A program made the position numbers and the translations under genes. A DNA stretch of 64,000 bases, taken from positions 3,286,001 to 3,350,000 of the forward strand of contig CATNEN010000041.1 in NCBI GenBank assembly GCA_950097015.1, given 5' to 3'. Positions 1 through 12,956 of this stretch are shown here, in pieces (position 1 is the stretch's first letter; each line of letters starts with the position of its first letter). This DNA comes from Macrostomum hystrix (lineage: Eukaryota > Animalia > Platyhelminthes). The notes below the pieces were generated by a model. It saw only the letters and a list, made by a program, of their open reading frames with translations, was not told the origin of the DNA and searched no databases.

Positions 1-1818
1 GCAAAATTATAGTTTCGGAGAAATTGAGATGTTGCCATACGTGTACATACACCCTTGTATGTGTTAAACATACCATTATGATTTACAAAGAAGTTACAGA
101 CTTGGCTATGCTATATGGCTAGCTTTAACTGTGAGGTGTAATTTTTCTCATGCTTGCTTCAATGTAAGCCTAACATAATAATGCTCTTTGTATACACTAT
201 GTTTGTTGATCATCTTTGATATGAATTAAGAGTGAATTAAGGAATTAAATGAATTAATGTAAACTAAAAAAATAGGAATTTTTTGCTCTGCCAGAAAATT
301 CTTACCAGAAATCTCTGGTGCACATGCACACAACACAATATGATCTTAAGTGTGGGCCTAAAAATATATTAGCTAATATAATGTAGGTAACAAACTACAT
401 AAAATTTATTTAGTTAATGGTTCTACATGTTTACTTTATGTATACTTCATTATTATAATAAGTATTGTTGAAGTTATATAAACTTATTCTATAGAACCTT
501 TTGTTAACTTCAAATTTTGTCTAAATTGGCAAGCATGAAAAAACTTATTAAAGTTACATTTTATACACTGACAACTAAATTATTTCTCTCCCTATTTAGC
601 TTGTTGCTATATCAACATAAGTAAGGGTAGATTATATTCTACTTGAAAATTAAATAACAAATTTTGTCTCAAGCTTGAATGATATGTGCATGTGTAGTAT
701 AGCTTCATATAACATACATGTGCAACACCCAGCCGAAGTGGCCGGGTGAAACGAGTGCCAAGCAAGGTAAGTCGCAAAAACCAATCGACCAAGTGCAAAA
801 AAATCAAAGGGGGGACCAAGGGACAAAAAAGGAAGGCATGAAGAAAAGGAAAAAGGGGAGAGAAAAAAAGAGCAAATGAGAGCAAACTAAGTCATAAATT
901 GAGCAATGAAACAAACTAAGTTGCAAATGAGAGCAAGCTAAGTCTCACGGCTGGCTAAGATTTGGGAGGTTGCGCATGTATGTTCATATAATGATAGCTA
1001 TTGTAACAACTAAACTATAACATTAAACAATATAGTTGCCACTGTATGGTCAAATAAATCACTTTGCTTGCTCACTTGCTAACATTCAAGTACTTGCTTT
1101 AAATCTTGGGAGCCATAGTCAGGAAAGTGGCACAGCATGTGTTTGAATAAATTTTGGAAGGACAATCTGTGCACCATCTGTGTGCTGTCTGTGCGCCAAT
1201 TGTGTGCCCTCTATGTGCTGTTTCTGTCCCCTAACCCTGACCCTACACTGAAAAGCACCCTATTTTAACCCTAAGGGTATATGATATATTAATGTTACAA
1301 AATAAGATACGCTCATACAGTTAGGTTATACCATTCACAGATCGTCGCCCAGGTTGATAATCTACTCTAACTGTTGATCATCACTTTCATTAGTGCATAC
1401 TTGTGTGCAGAGACCTTAGTGTATGCTATGCTTGTGCATCAATGTGCATTGCCTAAATGCCAACTGCCAGAAATATTGCATGTTTAACAATATATAGTCA
1501 ATATATTATTATTTGTATTGTAGTATGTATTGTATACTTCAATTTAATTTCACAGTCTTTGTATGCATTTTCTTTTGCTTTTGTAGTTAATTGTTGTTTG
1601 TCGTTTTTCAGTCCAGTAATGTTTATGGTCTACCTAGCTATAAAAAAACGACTCCCAGAAAAAATTATTTGAAGCCTTTGTGCCATGACTCTAATAGTAT
1701 TTCAAGGCTTGTAATACACTATGTAAAACAACAAGTGGCTAAATAACTTCAGGTAAGTTGCTCAGCAAATTAGTGCCAGCTTCCAGTTTGCTGATCAGCA
1801 AAGCCGGCTGGGCCCACA

Positions 1819-4800
1819 ATGTCTGCTGAGACTCGCAGGCGGCCCCACAGTGGTGCGAAGGAATCCAGCAAGAACGGCGCCAAGGACGACTTAAGCTTTG
1901 GCAAGAAGGTCGAAGCAGCCGAGTCCAGGCGGCGTATGCCCCGGAGCAGCAGCCTGAACCGACTGCAGGACATGGAGACGCTGGAGCGGGCCATCAAGGA
2001 GATGGCGCCAGACAAGCCGTGAGCAATTGTTTCGTTTCCCCACCTCCCCTCTGCCTCCTACAGGCTGCACAGCCAGACGGACAGCCACTCTCCCACCCCC
2101 TCTGCCTCCTACAGGCTGCACAGCCTGACGGACAGCCACTCTCCCACCTCCTCTGCCTCCTACAGGCTACACAGCCTGACGGACAGCCACTCTCCCACCC
2201 CCTCTGCCTCCTACAGGCTACACAGCCTGACGGACAGCCACTCTCCCACCCCCTCTGCCTCCTACAGGCTGCACAGCCTGACGGACAGCCACTCTCCCAC
2301 CCCCTCTGCCTCCTACAGGCTGCACAGCCTGACGGACAGCCACTCTCCCACCCCCTCTGCCTCCTACCTAGGCTGCACAGCCTGACGGACAGCCCGTTCT
2401 CCTCATCGAGCGGCTTCAATAACTTTCGTGGCCTGCTAAATCTCGGCCTTATTCTGCTGGTGGTTTCAAACTTCCGGGTGGCACTGGAGAATATCATCAA
2501 GTATGGCATCCTTGTCGATCCACTCAAACTGGTGGAGATTTTCTTGTCCTCTCCTGGCCAGTGGCCGTGCATATCCCTGCTGCTGCTGGCCAACATATTC
2601 ATCATCATTGCCTTCGGCCTGGAACAGCTGGCTGAGAACTTCCGGCTGATGTCGCCTTTGCTCTCCTGTATTCAAGTGATCAACCTGTCCGCTGTGCTCT
2701 TTGTGCCGTCCTACATTATTTTGAGGGACCATCCTAACCCATGTGAGCAGCCTTGCTGATGCTGGGACGCTGAGTGGGGTGTGAAGTTTTGTTTGTTGTT
2801 ATCGTTTTTCGGCAGTCTGGAAGTTTACAGTTGCCGTTTAGATTGATGCAGCGCATTCTGTTGATGCTATAAAGTGTAACAGGTGCCACCCTACCTAACC
2901 CTACTCAGTCTTTAGCGCGCCTACCTTGGGAATTTACTCCATTCTATTCCTGAAGCTGTGGTCCTATCGAGACGTGAACTCCTGGTGCCGGCTGGAGCGA
3001 CAGCTGCGGCTCAGCAAGCGCTCGGAGCTCAAGCGGAACAAGAGCGTGGCATCCGCCCTCACCGACACCGGCGCTGACGGAGACGGTGGCAGCGAGCGGC
3101 TGAAGCTGGCGAGAGACGCCTCGAGCCAGTCCAGTCTCATCTGCTACCCAGAGAACCTCACATTCGGAAATCTGTACTACTTCCTTATGGTGCCCACCTT
3201 GTGCTACGAGCTTAACTTTCCCAGGCTCATGCGGATTCGCAAGAGATTCCTTGTTAAGCGATGCTTGGAGCTCGTGTTCCTCACGCAGGTGTGCAGAGCT
3301 GTGGGGCTCGACTTCACCATAGTGGGAACAGACATTAGTGTCAGACTAGAGTTGTCAGTGGTGGGAACAGACATTAGTGTCAGACTAGAGTTGTCAGTGG
3401 TGGGAACAGACATTAGTGTCAGACTAGAGTTGTCAGTGGTGGGAACAAACATTAGTGTCAGACTAGAGTTGTCAGTGGTGGGAACAAACATTAGTGTCAG
3501 ACTAGAGTTGTCAGTGGTGGGAACAAACATTAGTGTCAGACTAGAGTTGTCAGTGGTGGGAACAAACATTAGTGTCAGACTAGAGTTGTCAGTGGTGGGA
3601 ACAAACATTAGTGTCAGACTAGAGTTGTCAGTGGTGGGAACAAACATTAGTGTCAGACTAGAGTTGTCAGTGGTGGGAACAAACATTAGTGTCAGACTAG
3701 AGTTGTCAGTGGTGGGAACAGACATTAGTGTCAGAGTGGAGTTGTCAGTGTCGGCAGACATCACAGTCTCAGCATCAGTCAGTATCAGTTGCTGGTTTCT
3801 GACTAGAGCAGCAGGTGTCGAATGCAGTTCCTGCTTCTCATCTGCAGGTGATGGGCGCGCTGACTCAGCAGTGGATTATTCCAATCCTGAACAACTCGGT
3901 GAAGCCGCTGCAGGCCTCCGAGTGGCCGGTGGTGCTGGAGCGGCTGCTGAAGCTGGCCATTCCCAACCACCTCATTTGGCTGATCTTCTTCTACGTGTTT
4001 TTCCACTCTGCGCTGAATGTCGCTGGGGAGCTGACGCTTTTCGGAGACAGAAACTTCTACAAGGACTGGTGGAACAGCGAGAGCGTGACCGAGTTCTGGA
4101 CGCTGTGGAATGTCCCTGTGCACCGCTTCGCCAAGCGGCACATCTTCACGCCGCTGGTTCACCGCTGGGGCCTCAGCAAGCTGATGGCCTCCGTTGTGGT
4201 TTTCGCCGTGTCCGCCTTCTTCCACGAGCTGCTCGTCTCGGTGCCACTGCGCATGTTCCGCCTCTGGGCCTTCCTGGCCATGATTATGCAGGTCATTGAA
4301 TGGGTTGGCTGCGTAATTATGCAGTGATTGAATGGGTTGGCTGCGTAATTATGCAGTGATTGAATGGGTTGGCTGCGTAATTATGCAGTGACTGAATGGG
4401 TTGGCTGCGTAATTATGCAGTGACTGAATGGGTTGGCTGCGTAATTATGCAGTGATTGAATAGGTTGGCTGCATGATTTCGCAGTGATTGAATAGGTTGG
4501 CTGCACGATTTCGCAGTGATTGAATGGGTTGGCTGCATGATTTCGCAGTGATTGAATAGGTTGGCTGCACGATTTCGCAGTGATTGAATGGGTTGGCTGC
4601 ATGATTTCGCAGTGATTGAATAGGTTGGCTGCATGATTTCGCAGTGATTGAATAGGTTGGCTGCATGATTTCGCAGTGATTGAATAGGTTGGCTGCACGA
4701 TTTCGCAGTGATTGAATGGGTTGGCTGCATGATTTCGCATTGATTGAATGGGTTGGCTGCATGATTTCGTAGTGATTGAATAGGTTGGCTGCATGATTTC

Positions 4801-6766
4801 GCAGTGATTGAATGGGTTGGCTGCATGATTTCGCAGTGATTGAATGGGTTGGCTGCACGATTTCGCAGTGATTGAATGGGTTGGCTGCATGATTTCGCAG
4901 TGATTGAATGGGTTGGCTGCATGATTTCGCAGTGATTGAATAGGTTGGCTGCATGATTTCGCAGTGATTGAATAGGTTGGCTGCACGATTTCGCAGTGAT
5001 TGAATAGGTTGGCTGCATGATTTCGCAGTGATTGAATGGGTTGGCTGCATGATTTCGCAGTGATTGAATGGGTTGGCTGCATGATTTCGCAGTGATTGAA
5101 TAGGTTGGCTGCATGATTTCGCAGTGATTGAATGGGTTGGCTGCATGATTTCGCAGTGATTGAATGGGTTGGCTGCATGATTTCGCAGTGATTGAATAGG
5201 TTGGCTGCATGATTTCGCAGTGATTGAATGGGTTGGCTGCATGATTTCGCAGTGATTGAATGGGTTGGCTGCACGATTTCGCAGTGATTGAATAGGTTGG
5301 CTGCATGATTTCGCAGTGATTGAATAGGCTGGCTGCATGGTTTCGCAGTGATTCAATAGGTTGGCTGCATGATTTCGCAGTGATTGAATAGGTTGGCTGC
5401 ATGATTTCGCAGTGATTGAATAGGTTGGCTGCACGATTTCGCAGTGATTGAATAGGTTGGCTGCATGATTTCGCAGTGATTGAATAGGTTGGCTGCATGA
5501 TTTCGCAGTGATTGAATAGGCTGGCTGCATGATTTCGCAGTGATTGAATAGGTTGGCTGCATGATTTCGCAGTGATTGAATAGGTTGGCTGCATGATTTC
5601 GCAGTGATTGAATGGGTTGGCTGCATGATTTCGCAGTGATTGAATAGGTTGGCTGCATGATTTCGCAGTGATTGAATAGGTTGGCTGCACGATTTCGCAG
5701 TGATTGAATGGGTTGGCTGCATGATTTCGCAGTGATTGAATAGGTTGGCTGCATGATTTCGCAGTGATTGAATGGGTTGGCTGCATGATTTCGCAGTGAT
5801 TGAATAGGTTGGCTGCACGATTTCGCAGTGATTGAATAGGTTGGCTGCATGATTTCGCAGTGATTGAATAGGTTGGCTGCATGATTTCGCAGTGATTGAA
5901 TAGGTTGGCTGCATGATTTCGCAGTGATTGAATAGGCTGGCTGCATGATTTCGCAGTGATTGAATAGGTTGGCTGCATGATTTCGCAGTGATTGAATGGG
6001 TTGGCTGCATGATTTCGCAGTGATTGAATAGGCTGGCTGCATGATTTCGCAGTGATTGAATGGATTGGCTGCATGATTTGGCAGTGATTGAATAGGTTGG
6101 CTGCATGATTTCGCAGTGATTGAATAGGTTGGCTGCATGATTTCGCAGTGATTGAATGGGTTGGCTGCATGATTTCGCAGTGATTGAATAGGTTGGCTTC
6201 ATGATTTCGCAGTGATTGAATGGGCTGGCTGCATGATTTCGCAGTGATTGAATGGGTTGGCTGCATGATTTCGCAGTGATTGAATAGGTTGGCTGCACGA
6301 TTTCGCAGTGATTGAATAGGTTGGCTGCGTGATTTCGCAGTGATTGAATGGGCTGGCTGCACGATTTCGCAGTGATTGAATAGGTTGGCTGCATGATTTC
6401 GCAGTGATTGAATAGGTTGGCTGCATGATTTCGCAGTGATTGAATGGGTTGGCTGCATGATTTCGCAGTGATTGAATGGGTTGGCTGCATGATTTCGCAG
6501 TGATTGAATAGGTTGGCTGCATGATTTCGCATTGATTGAATGGGTTGGCTGCATGATTTCGCAGTGATTGAATAAGTTTGTTTTCATTCAACCAATGCCC
6601 GCAGGTTCCATTCGCCCTGTTCGTGAGCCGGGTCCTTCGCGGTGGCCAGCTGGGCAATATGGCCGTTTGGTTCAGCTTGATCATTGGGCAGCCCCTGGCC
6701 ATCATCATGTACTTTCACGACTACTATGTGAGCCTGCACCAGGGCCGGGCAGACCAGGCAGTGTGA
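1819..6766 (+). CDS. DGAT1: Diacylglycerol O-acyltransferase 1 (MBOAT family), 5 coding exons, 518 aa
   Basis: Exons 1819-2018, 2372-2742, 2909-3288, 3848-4291, 6605-6766 join in phase at GT..AG sites (1557 nt). Motifs: [48 protein letters not shown], catalytic-His region [27 protein letters not shown] probable 46-nt 5'UTR intron lies at 1753-1798 (gtaagt..ctgatcag). Confidence 0.95.
2043..2394 (+). repeat. 51-bp tandem array (~6.5 copies) spanning the DGAT1 intron 1 acceptor and the start of exon 2
   Basis: Unit ccctctgcctcctacaggctgcacagcctgacggacagccactctcccacc, a 17-aa periodicity in the ORF track. Confidence 0.95.
3320..3750 (+). repeat. 39-bp intronic minisatellite (~11 copies), DGAT1 intron 3
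   Basis: Unit gtgggaacaaacattagtgtcagactagagttgtcagtg. Confidence 0.95.
4283..6573 (+). repeat. 32-bp minisatellite (~70 copies), DGAT1 intron 4, seeded at the exon/donor junction
   Basis: Unit attatgcagtgattgaatgggttggctgcgta, grading into atttcgcagtgattgaat(a/g)ggttggctgca(t/c)g. Confidence 0.95.
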
Positions 6767-7614
6767 GCACTCTGCAGCCAGGGTGGTGAAGCCTGTTCCT
6801 GTTGTGCTTCTCTGACGAAGCCCTTTCTAATTTTGGAAGTGAACCGGCTTTCTCTGCACAGTGACGCTACACTTTGCCTTGCGTTATTTTTGTATGCTTA
6901 CCTGTCCTTAAAAAGAACGCAGTTGCCACTCAAAAACGGTTAAATGTTGCTGAAGTTAGTCCATATTACATTTCTGGATCATATTGAGTTCATGCTGCTC
7001 AATGACAGACTTTCTGCATATTTTCTCTGCTAGTGATGGAATTGTGTTCGCAATATTGCGCAGTCGTCCGTTTTCCTACTTATTAATAGCCGATTTCAGA
7101 TCTTTGGTCAAAGGCTTTTGATTTCGTTTGCTTAAACAATCTATCGCAGCCTAATGCAAACGCTCCCTTAGCTTAGCGTTTGTACTTTACTTTTTTTCTT
7201 TCAGCGCAGCATGGCAAATGATGTATCTGTTATGATCCCACTAGCTGACAGTTGCGAAGAATATGTCCAATATGTCCAGCCCATTGATTGCTGTTCTACT
7301 GAGAGTTGCAGTAGTATGCAGCGAGTGTTAAGCAGCGCTATCCATGGCCCCTACACTTGCAACACTAGTATGTATGCATGCTTCGCCGCAACACTGCATA
7401 ATCAAGTAAACGATTAGATCTGCTCTCGCTAAATCTTTTTTCTCACTCTTATCAAATCCGCTGTGTGCCGCCTTGTAAATCATTTCTGAGCAGGTGATAT
7501 TTAGCATTTTTATAACTTAGGTTCCCTGATTCCGAGCGACCTACTCATGCTATATAGACATGGACACACAGCCTTGTTTCTTTTGCTGCTTTTTTACTTT
7601 CACCAAGTACTAGT

Positions 7615-7895
7615 GGGAGCTTTCATTGCACCATCAAACCTGCCAGTGAGCTTTCATTGCACCATCAAACCTGCCAGTGAGCTTTCATTGCACCATCAAA
7701 CCTGCCAGTGAGCTTTCATTGCACCATCAAACCTGCCAGTGAGCTTTCATTGCACCATCAAACCTTCCAGTGAGCTTTCATTGCCCATCAAACCTGCCAG
7801 TGAGCTTTCATTGCCCATCAAACCTGTCAGTGAGCTTTCATTGCACCATCAAACCTGCCAGTGAGCTTTCATAGCCCCATCAAACCTTCCAATGA
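7615..7895 (+). repeat. 31-bp tandem array (~9 copies), intergenic
   Basis: Unit gagctttcattgcaccatcaaacctgccagt. Confidence 0.9.
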
Positions 7896-8081
7896 ACTTT
7901 CACTGCATTAATTGCTTTAAATATTTCCATGCTTCTTTCAAAATCAGAATTCAGAGTCTGCGGTTGGAATCTGCATCTGGGTTTGAGGATCTCCCGCAGG
8001 AACTCAGAGTCATATTCACAGGAATTCAGATTTGCATTGTTATTACCTCAGGCGACGTCCGCGGCTGTGTCTGCTTTGTGG

Positions 8082-9237
8082 ATGTCGGCTTGTGCCACCA
8101 CGAGCCCTGGGCTAATGCGGTCCGGCCGACTGCTCAGTGTTGGGCTGCTTATCCAGCGCAAAGCAGTGCTCACGCCCGAGCTCACCGATTTGGAAAGTCG
8201 AGTCTCGGACCTGTTCGCCCGGCTGGACTTCGAGCGCAGCCGCCTGTCTGACTTTGAGCTGCGAGACCGTGCTGAGTCTGAGGCGGCCAAGCGGACCCTG
8301 AGTGCCGCCGCTGCTGGCAAAGTCCAGGTGGCCAAGGATGGAGCCGTCATCACAGCCAAGGACGTGGTGCAGCGGTGGAATACCGAGCGGCAGGCCGTAA
8401 CCCTGGCTTCCAGGTAGGCTACATTCCCTCTGTAGTAAAGAATGTAGTTCCAGTCCCCAGTCACAGTGGCTGGGCCAAACCCCATGGCCGACCACAGTCA
8501 CAGTGGCTGTCTCATACGAGTCCTCAGTCACAGTGGCTGTCTCACACGGTCCAGTCCTGTGTCACAGTGGCTGTCTCATACGGTCCAGTCCTGAGTCACA
8601 GTGGCTGTCTCACACGGTCCAGTCCTGAGTCACAGTGGCTGTCTCACACGGTCCAGTCCTGAGTCACAGTGGCTGTCTCACACGGTCCAGTCCTGTGTCA
8701 CAGTGGCTGTCTCACACGGTCCAGTCCTGAGTCACAGTGGCTGTCTCACACGGTCCAGTCCTGTGTCACAGTGGCTGTCTCACACGGTCCAGTCCTGAGT
8801 CACAGTGGCTGTCTCACACGGTCCAGTCCTGTGTCACAGTGGCTGTCTCGTACCTGATATCCCGCAGGGTTGCTGTTGACCCCAGCCTAATGCGGCCAGC
8901 GCTGCTATTGAGCACAGACGCGGACCTATGCATCCCCTGCTGCCCGCTTGTCGAAGGTGATGCGAGCCTGCGGGCAGCCTGTGAGCGCCTGCTGGAGGTG
9001 ATGGGGCTGTCCGCCAGCTGCCGACTGCTGGGCAACTCTCCGGCCGGCCTGCATGCCTACAAGCACAGGAAGTCGCCGGTGTCTCTGTTTCTGCACCGGG
9101 CCGTATTCACCGGTGTTGACTGGCGCGACGTGGAGGCCTCGGGCAGCTGGCGGTGGGTCGGCGCGGAGTCACTGCCAGGCCACGTGCCTGATCGCCGCCT
9201 GCTGAAGAAGCTGCGCCTGCTGACCGCGGAGTTCTGA
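8082..9237 (+). CDS. MRPL46: Mitochondrial ribosomal protein L46 (mL46), 2 exons; start uncertain (ATG 8082 or in-frame ATG 7929)
   Basis: Exons 8082-8413 and 8868-9237 join in phase 2. LLIQRKAVLTPELTDLESRVSDLFARLDFERSRLSDFELR matches the mL46 N-terminal signature. SLRAACERLL..LLGNSPAG..W matches the Nudix-like C-terminal part. Confidence 0.85.
8455..8850 (+). repeat. 34-bp intronic minisatellite (~10 copies), MRPL46 intron
   Basis: Unit gtcacagtggctgtctcacacggtccagtcct(ga/gt). Confidence 0.9.
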
Positions 9238-9751
9238 GTACGGTTTTCTGCAAGAACTCCGTCTGCGCCAGCTTCACCGTGTTGGACTAGCTGAACGCCA
9301 GGACGCCAGAGCTCTTCCTGTTACCTTTATGTGTAAATATAGTTCAATGCTTAATCGAAAGACTTCTTTCTGCTGGCTTTGCGGCGCTGCTGAACCACTA
9401 GCGAGGACTGTTTTTTAATGAGGAAAGTGAAACGAAAGAAAATCGAAGGCTGATGAAAAGGCATTTCCGAGTTTTGATGGCCATAGTTGAAAGCTTTTAG
9501 GCCATAATGCGTACTTCTCTCTTCTTTAATTCTACTTTATATTTTTTTTATTTATATAGACTGGCCCTTGTAATGTTGCGTTTTAGAAGAAACATTTTTC
9601 CCTGACACATGGAGAACAATGTATGAGCATGAAGTTTGTAAGAAAGACCTTATGCATATTACTATCTATCACTCAATAGAAAGATCCTTCAGTACTTCAT
9701 TTGATTCCGCTTTTTAAACTCATCGCTAATCCGACTCCAGCTGCTGCCCGC

Positions 9752-11015
9752 ATGCCGCTGCTGCCCTTTCTGAATTATCGGCGGCTGCCTCTAGTGGCTG
9801 CCCTCGGTCGCCGCCTCATCAGCTCCGGCGGAAGCGGCGAAACCCAGGCTCCTAAGACCGGCATCCTCATGCTGAACATGGGCGGTCCCGAAACCCTGGA
9901 TGATGTTGGAGATTTCCTTCATCGCCTCTTCAGCGACGGGGACCTAATCCCGCTGCCGGCACAGTCCCGGCTGTCCAGGTACATTGCCAGGCGGCGGACT
10001 CCGCAAATCAAGGAGCAGTACTACCGAATTGGCGGCGGCAGCCCGATTCTAAAGTGGACGGAGGCGCAGGTCAGACTGCTAACTTGCTTCTAGCCCTTCA
10101 TGCTTTGATGAAGAGCTCATGCACGTCACACTAGTGCGCTTTTCAACACTGCAGGGCCGCGCCATGACAGCGCAGCTAGACCGGCTGAGCCCCGGCTCCG
10201 CGCCGCACCGGCACTACGTCGGCTTCCGCTACGCCCGCCCACTGCTCGAAGACGCTGTGGAGGCGATGGAGCGCGACGGCGTGCGCCACGCGGTAGCTTT
10301 CTCACAGTACCCTCAGTACTCTTGCAGCACTAGCGGCAGCTCGTTCAATGCGCTGGCCGCTTATTACCGCAAGCGGCAAGGCACCAGTGCCATTCAACGC
10401 TGGTCGCTCATCGACCGCTGGCCAGCACACGCGGGTTTTATTGCTGCAATGGCCGAGCGAGTCCGGCCGGAGCTGGACCGGCTGGGACCGGAGGGCCGCG
10501 CTCGCTGCGCGCTGCTGTTCTCAGCGCACTCGCTACCTATGTCTGTTGTGAGCCGAGGTGACCCCTATCCGGCTGAAGTGGCCGTCTCCGCACACATGGT
10601 GGCGCAAGCCGTTGGCCCCGGCAGCGTGCCCTACCGAGTGGTCTGGCAGTCCAAGGTGGGTCCCCTGCCGTGGCTGGGACCTTCCACTGAGGAGGCGATC
10701 CGCGGCCTGGTGAAGCAGGGCCGCGACCACCTGGTGCTAGTACCGATCGCCTTCACCAGCGACCACATCGAAACTCTGTACGAACTGGACGTGGAATACG
10801 CAGGCGAGCTGGCTGGCGACCTCGGCGCCCGCATCCTCCGCTCGGAAGCGCTCAACGACAGCCCGACCTTCGTCTCGGCCTTGGCTGATCTGGTGCTTCA
10901 GCATCTGGCCGAGGGCTGCGCTGTGAACCCGCAGTTCAAGCTGCGCTGCCCTTTGTGCACGAATCCCAGGTGCCTGGCCGCAAGAGAGTTTTTTGTAGGT
11001 CAGCCTGGCGCTTGA
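9752..11015 (+). CDS. FECH: Ferrochelatase, mitochondrial, 2 exons, 392 aa
   Basis: Exons 9752-10069 and 10155-11015. Motifs: [70 protein letters not shown], and C-terminal CPLCTNPRC [2Fe-2S] ligands. Confidence 0.97.
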
Positions 11016-11050
11016 GCCGTCCCTGCACGGCTTTAGTGTTAAAACTTAAC

Positions 11051-11210
11051 ATCACAGTGTGACTGGGCACTCATCACAGTGTGACCGGGCACTCATCACA
11101 GTGTGACTGGGCACTCATCACAGTGTGACTGGGCACTCATCACAGTGTGACCGGGCACTCATCACAGTGTGACTGGGCGCTCATCACAGTGTGACCGGGC
11201 ACTCATCACA
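11051..11210 (+). repeat. 22-bp tandem array (~7 copies)
   Basis: Unit atcacagtgtgactgggcactc. Confidence 0.9.
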
Positions 11211-11687
11211 GCTTACATATTTGGTACATTTATACTGGGCTCGTAACTCAGTCAGTCGCTTGATATCACAAAGTTTGGCCGCCAGTCAACGGCAATTTTT
11301 CGCGCATGTCTTTTTTTCAGTTCTTTTACTGATTTTGCAATTCCAGGAATACTTAGCTAATTGCAGTTCTAGAATAAGATATTTAATTATGACAGCTTTA
11401 TTCCCATTGCGCCAGATTAGCAAACCCCGTGTTTAGCAATTCTAAATGCCAGTACAATAGATGCTAGGTATTTGCGGCCAGTACAACACCTGCCAGTTGA
11501 ATCACGGTGCTCTTTGTATGCATTCAACCTGGAGTTCATGGCACATTGTCATGGCCGTACAGTGCTTTGCAGAGCCTGTTTCTGGGATAGTTTTATTGTT
11601 ATGGCTGGAGCTTTGTGTACCCCTGGACTTCAGTTAACCGCTGTTATTCTGCTCTCCTTAGCATCGCTTTGTTAAGCATAAGCTCAT

Positions 11688-12065
11688 TTCTGTGGAGCTG
11701 TCCTACCCGCTGCTGTGTGAACTTGTGTTGTGAGCGTCTCAGTAGCTTTCTGTGGAGCTGTCCTACCCGCTGCTGTGTGAACTTGTGTTGTGAGCGTCTC
11801 AGTAGCTTTCTGTGGAGCTGTCCTACCCGCTGCTGTGTGAACTTGTGTTGTGAGCGTCTCAGTAGCTTTCTGTGGAGCTGTCCTACCCGCTGCTGTGTGA
11901 ACTTGTGTTGTGAGCGTCTCAGTAGCTTTCTGTGGAGCTGTCCTACCCGCTGCTGTGTGAACTTGTGTTTGTGAGCGTCTCAGTAGCTTTCTGTGGAGCT
12001 GTCCTACCCGCTGCTGTGTGAACTTGTGTTGTGAGCGTCTCAGTAGCTTTCTGTGGAGCTGTCCT
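11688..12065 (+). repeat. 60-bp tandem array (~6 copies)
   Basis: Unit ctgtggagctgtcctacccgctgctgtgtgaacttgtgttgtgagcgtctcagtagcttt. Confidence 0.95.
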
Positions 12066-12956
12066 GTCTTTGCTGACATTTATTTTCGACGCAAATAAAC
12101 AAATAAAATAAATGAGTTCTGGCGCAATCGGTTGCCCCATTGCTGCCAGTTGCGCTCGCTGCTTGACATTTCCGACTGAAATAAACTATGGCAAGATTGA
12201 AGCGTCGAAATCATTTTGATTTCTCATTTTGTTAATACTCGTATAAGTAGAAGTAAAAAGTATGTTTTTAGATTCCGTATACAATGGAAACAAAAAACGT
12301 ATCTAAAAGTAAGTAATCTGCAAAGCGGTAAAATAATAGTCAAGTAGTTAATTGCGTTTCTTATTATGTTTCGGTGCATGCAGCAATAACGTACGCTTCG
12401 AGTTATATCCATAAGGTATATAGTTCTTGTGGAAATCGAGGGCCAAACAAATATATACCAAACATAAATGAGCACATTTTAACGCAGTTGAGTTCTGAGT
12501 TTAACGCGCAATGAAAACTGGCACTAGTCCGAAGGAAGCACTTCATGCTTGCGGTGTAATTGAGCAGCTATAAGCTTCATCCCTATTACATGCACTTATA
12601 CAATTATTACTCGTATTAATTATTAATAAAACGCACACGCCATGTATGGGTGCTGACTTTTTCTTTTATATACTTTCTGACAATATTTTACTCGACAAAA
12701 ACCATAAAAAGCGAAGTTTTGTAAGAATCAACTATTGAGCTGCGAAGGGAAAAGCAAAGGTATTAAAAATAAGAGCAGCAAAAACACAAGGGACACCAGG
12801 ACTAAAAAAATTATGTATATTGTTAAATGTTAGTACGAGCTCGTAGTCTCGGCAGCTGTTCCCTTATTTTAGAGATATCTATGATGTATTTTGCTAAAGC
12901 TTCAGTGGTTTCCCTATCGTCTTGAGCCATTATGTAGTTAGATTTCTCTTCTGCTG

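Noticed and set aside
1228-1275. Telomere-like CCCTAACCCT motifs
   Set aside because: Only two or three scattered degenerate units, not an array.
4381-6708. Very long ORFs (up to 724 aa) over the 32-bp array, and similar ORFs over the 17-21, 25-28, 29-32 and 45-46 kb arrays
   Set aside because: They are translations of stop-free tandem repeats, open in several frames or strands at once and mostly intronic. No coding evidence.
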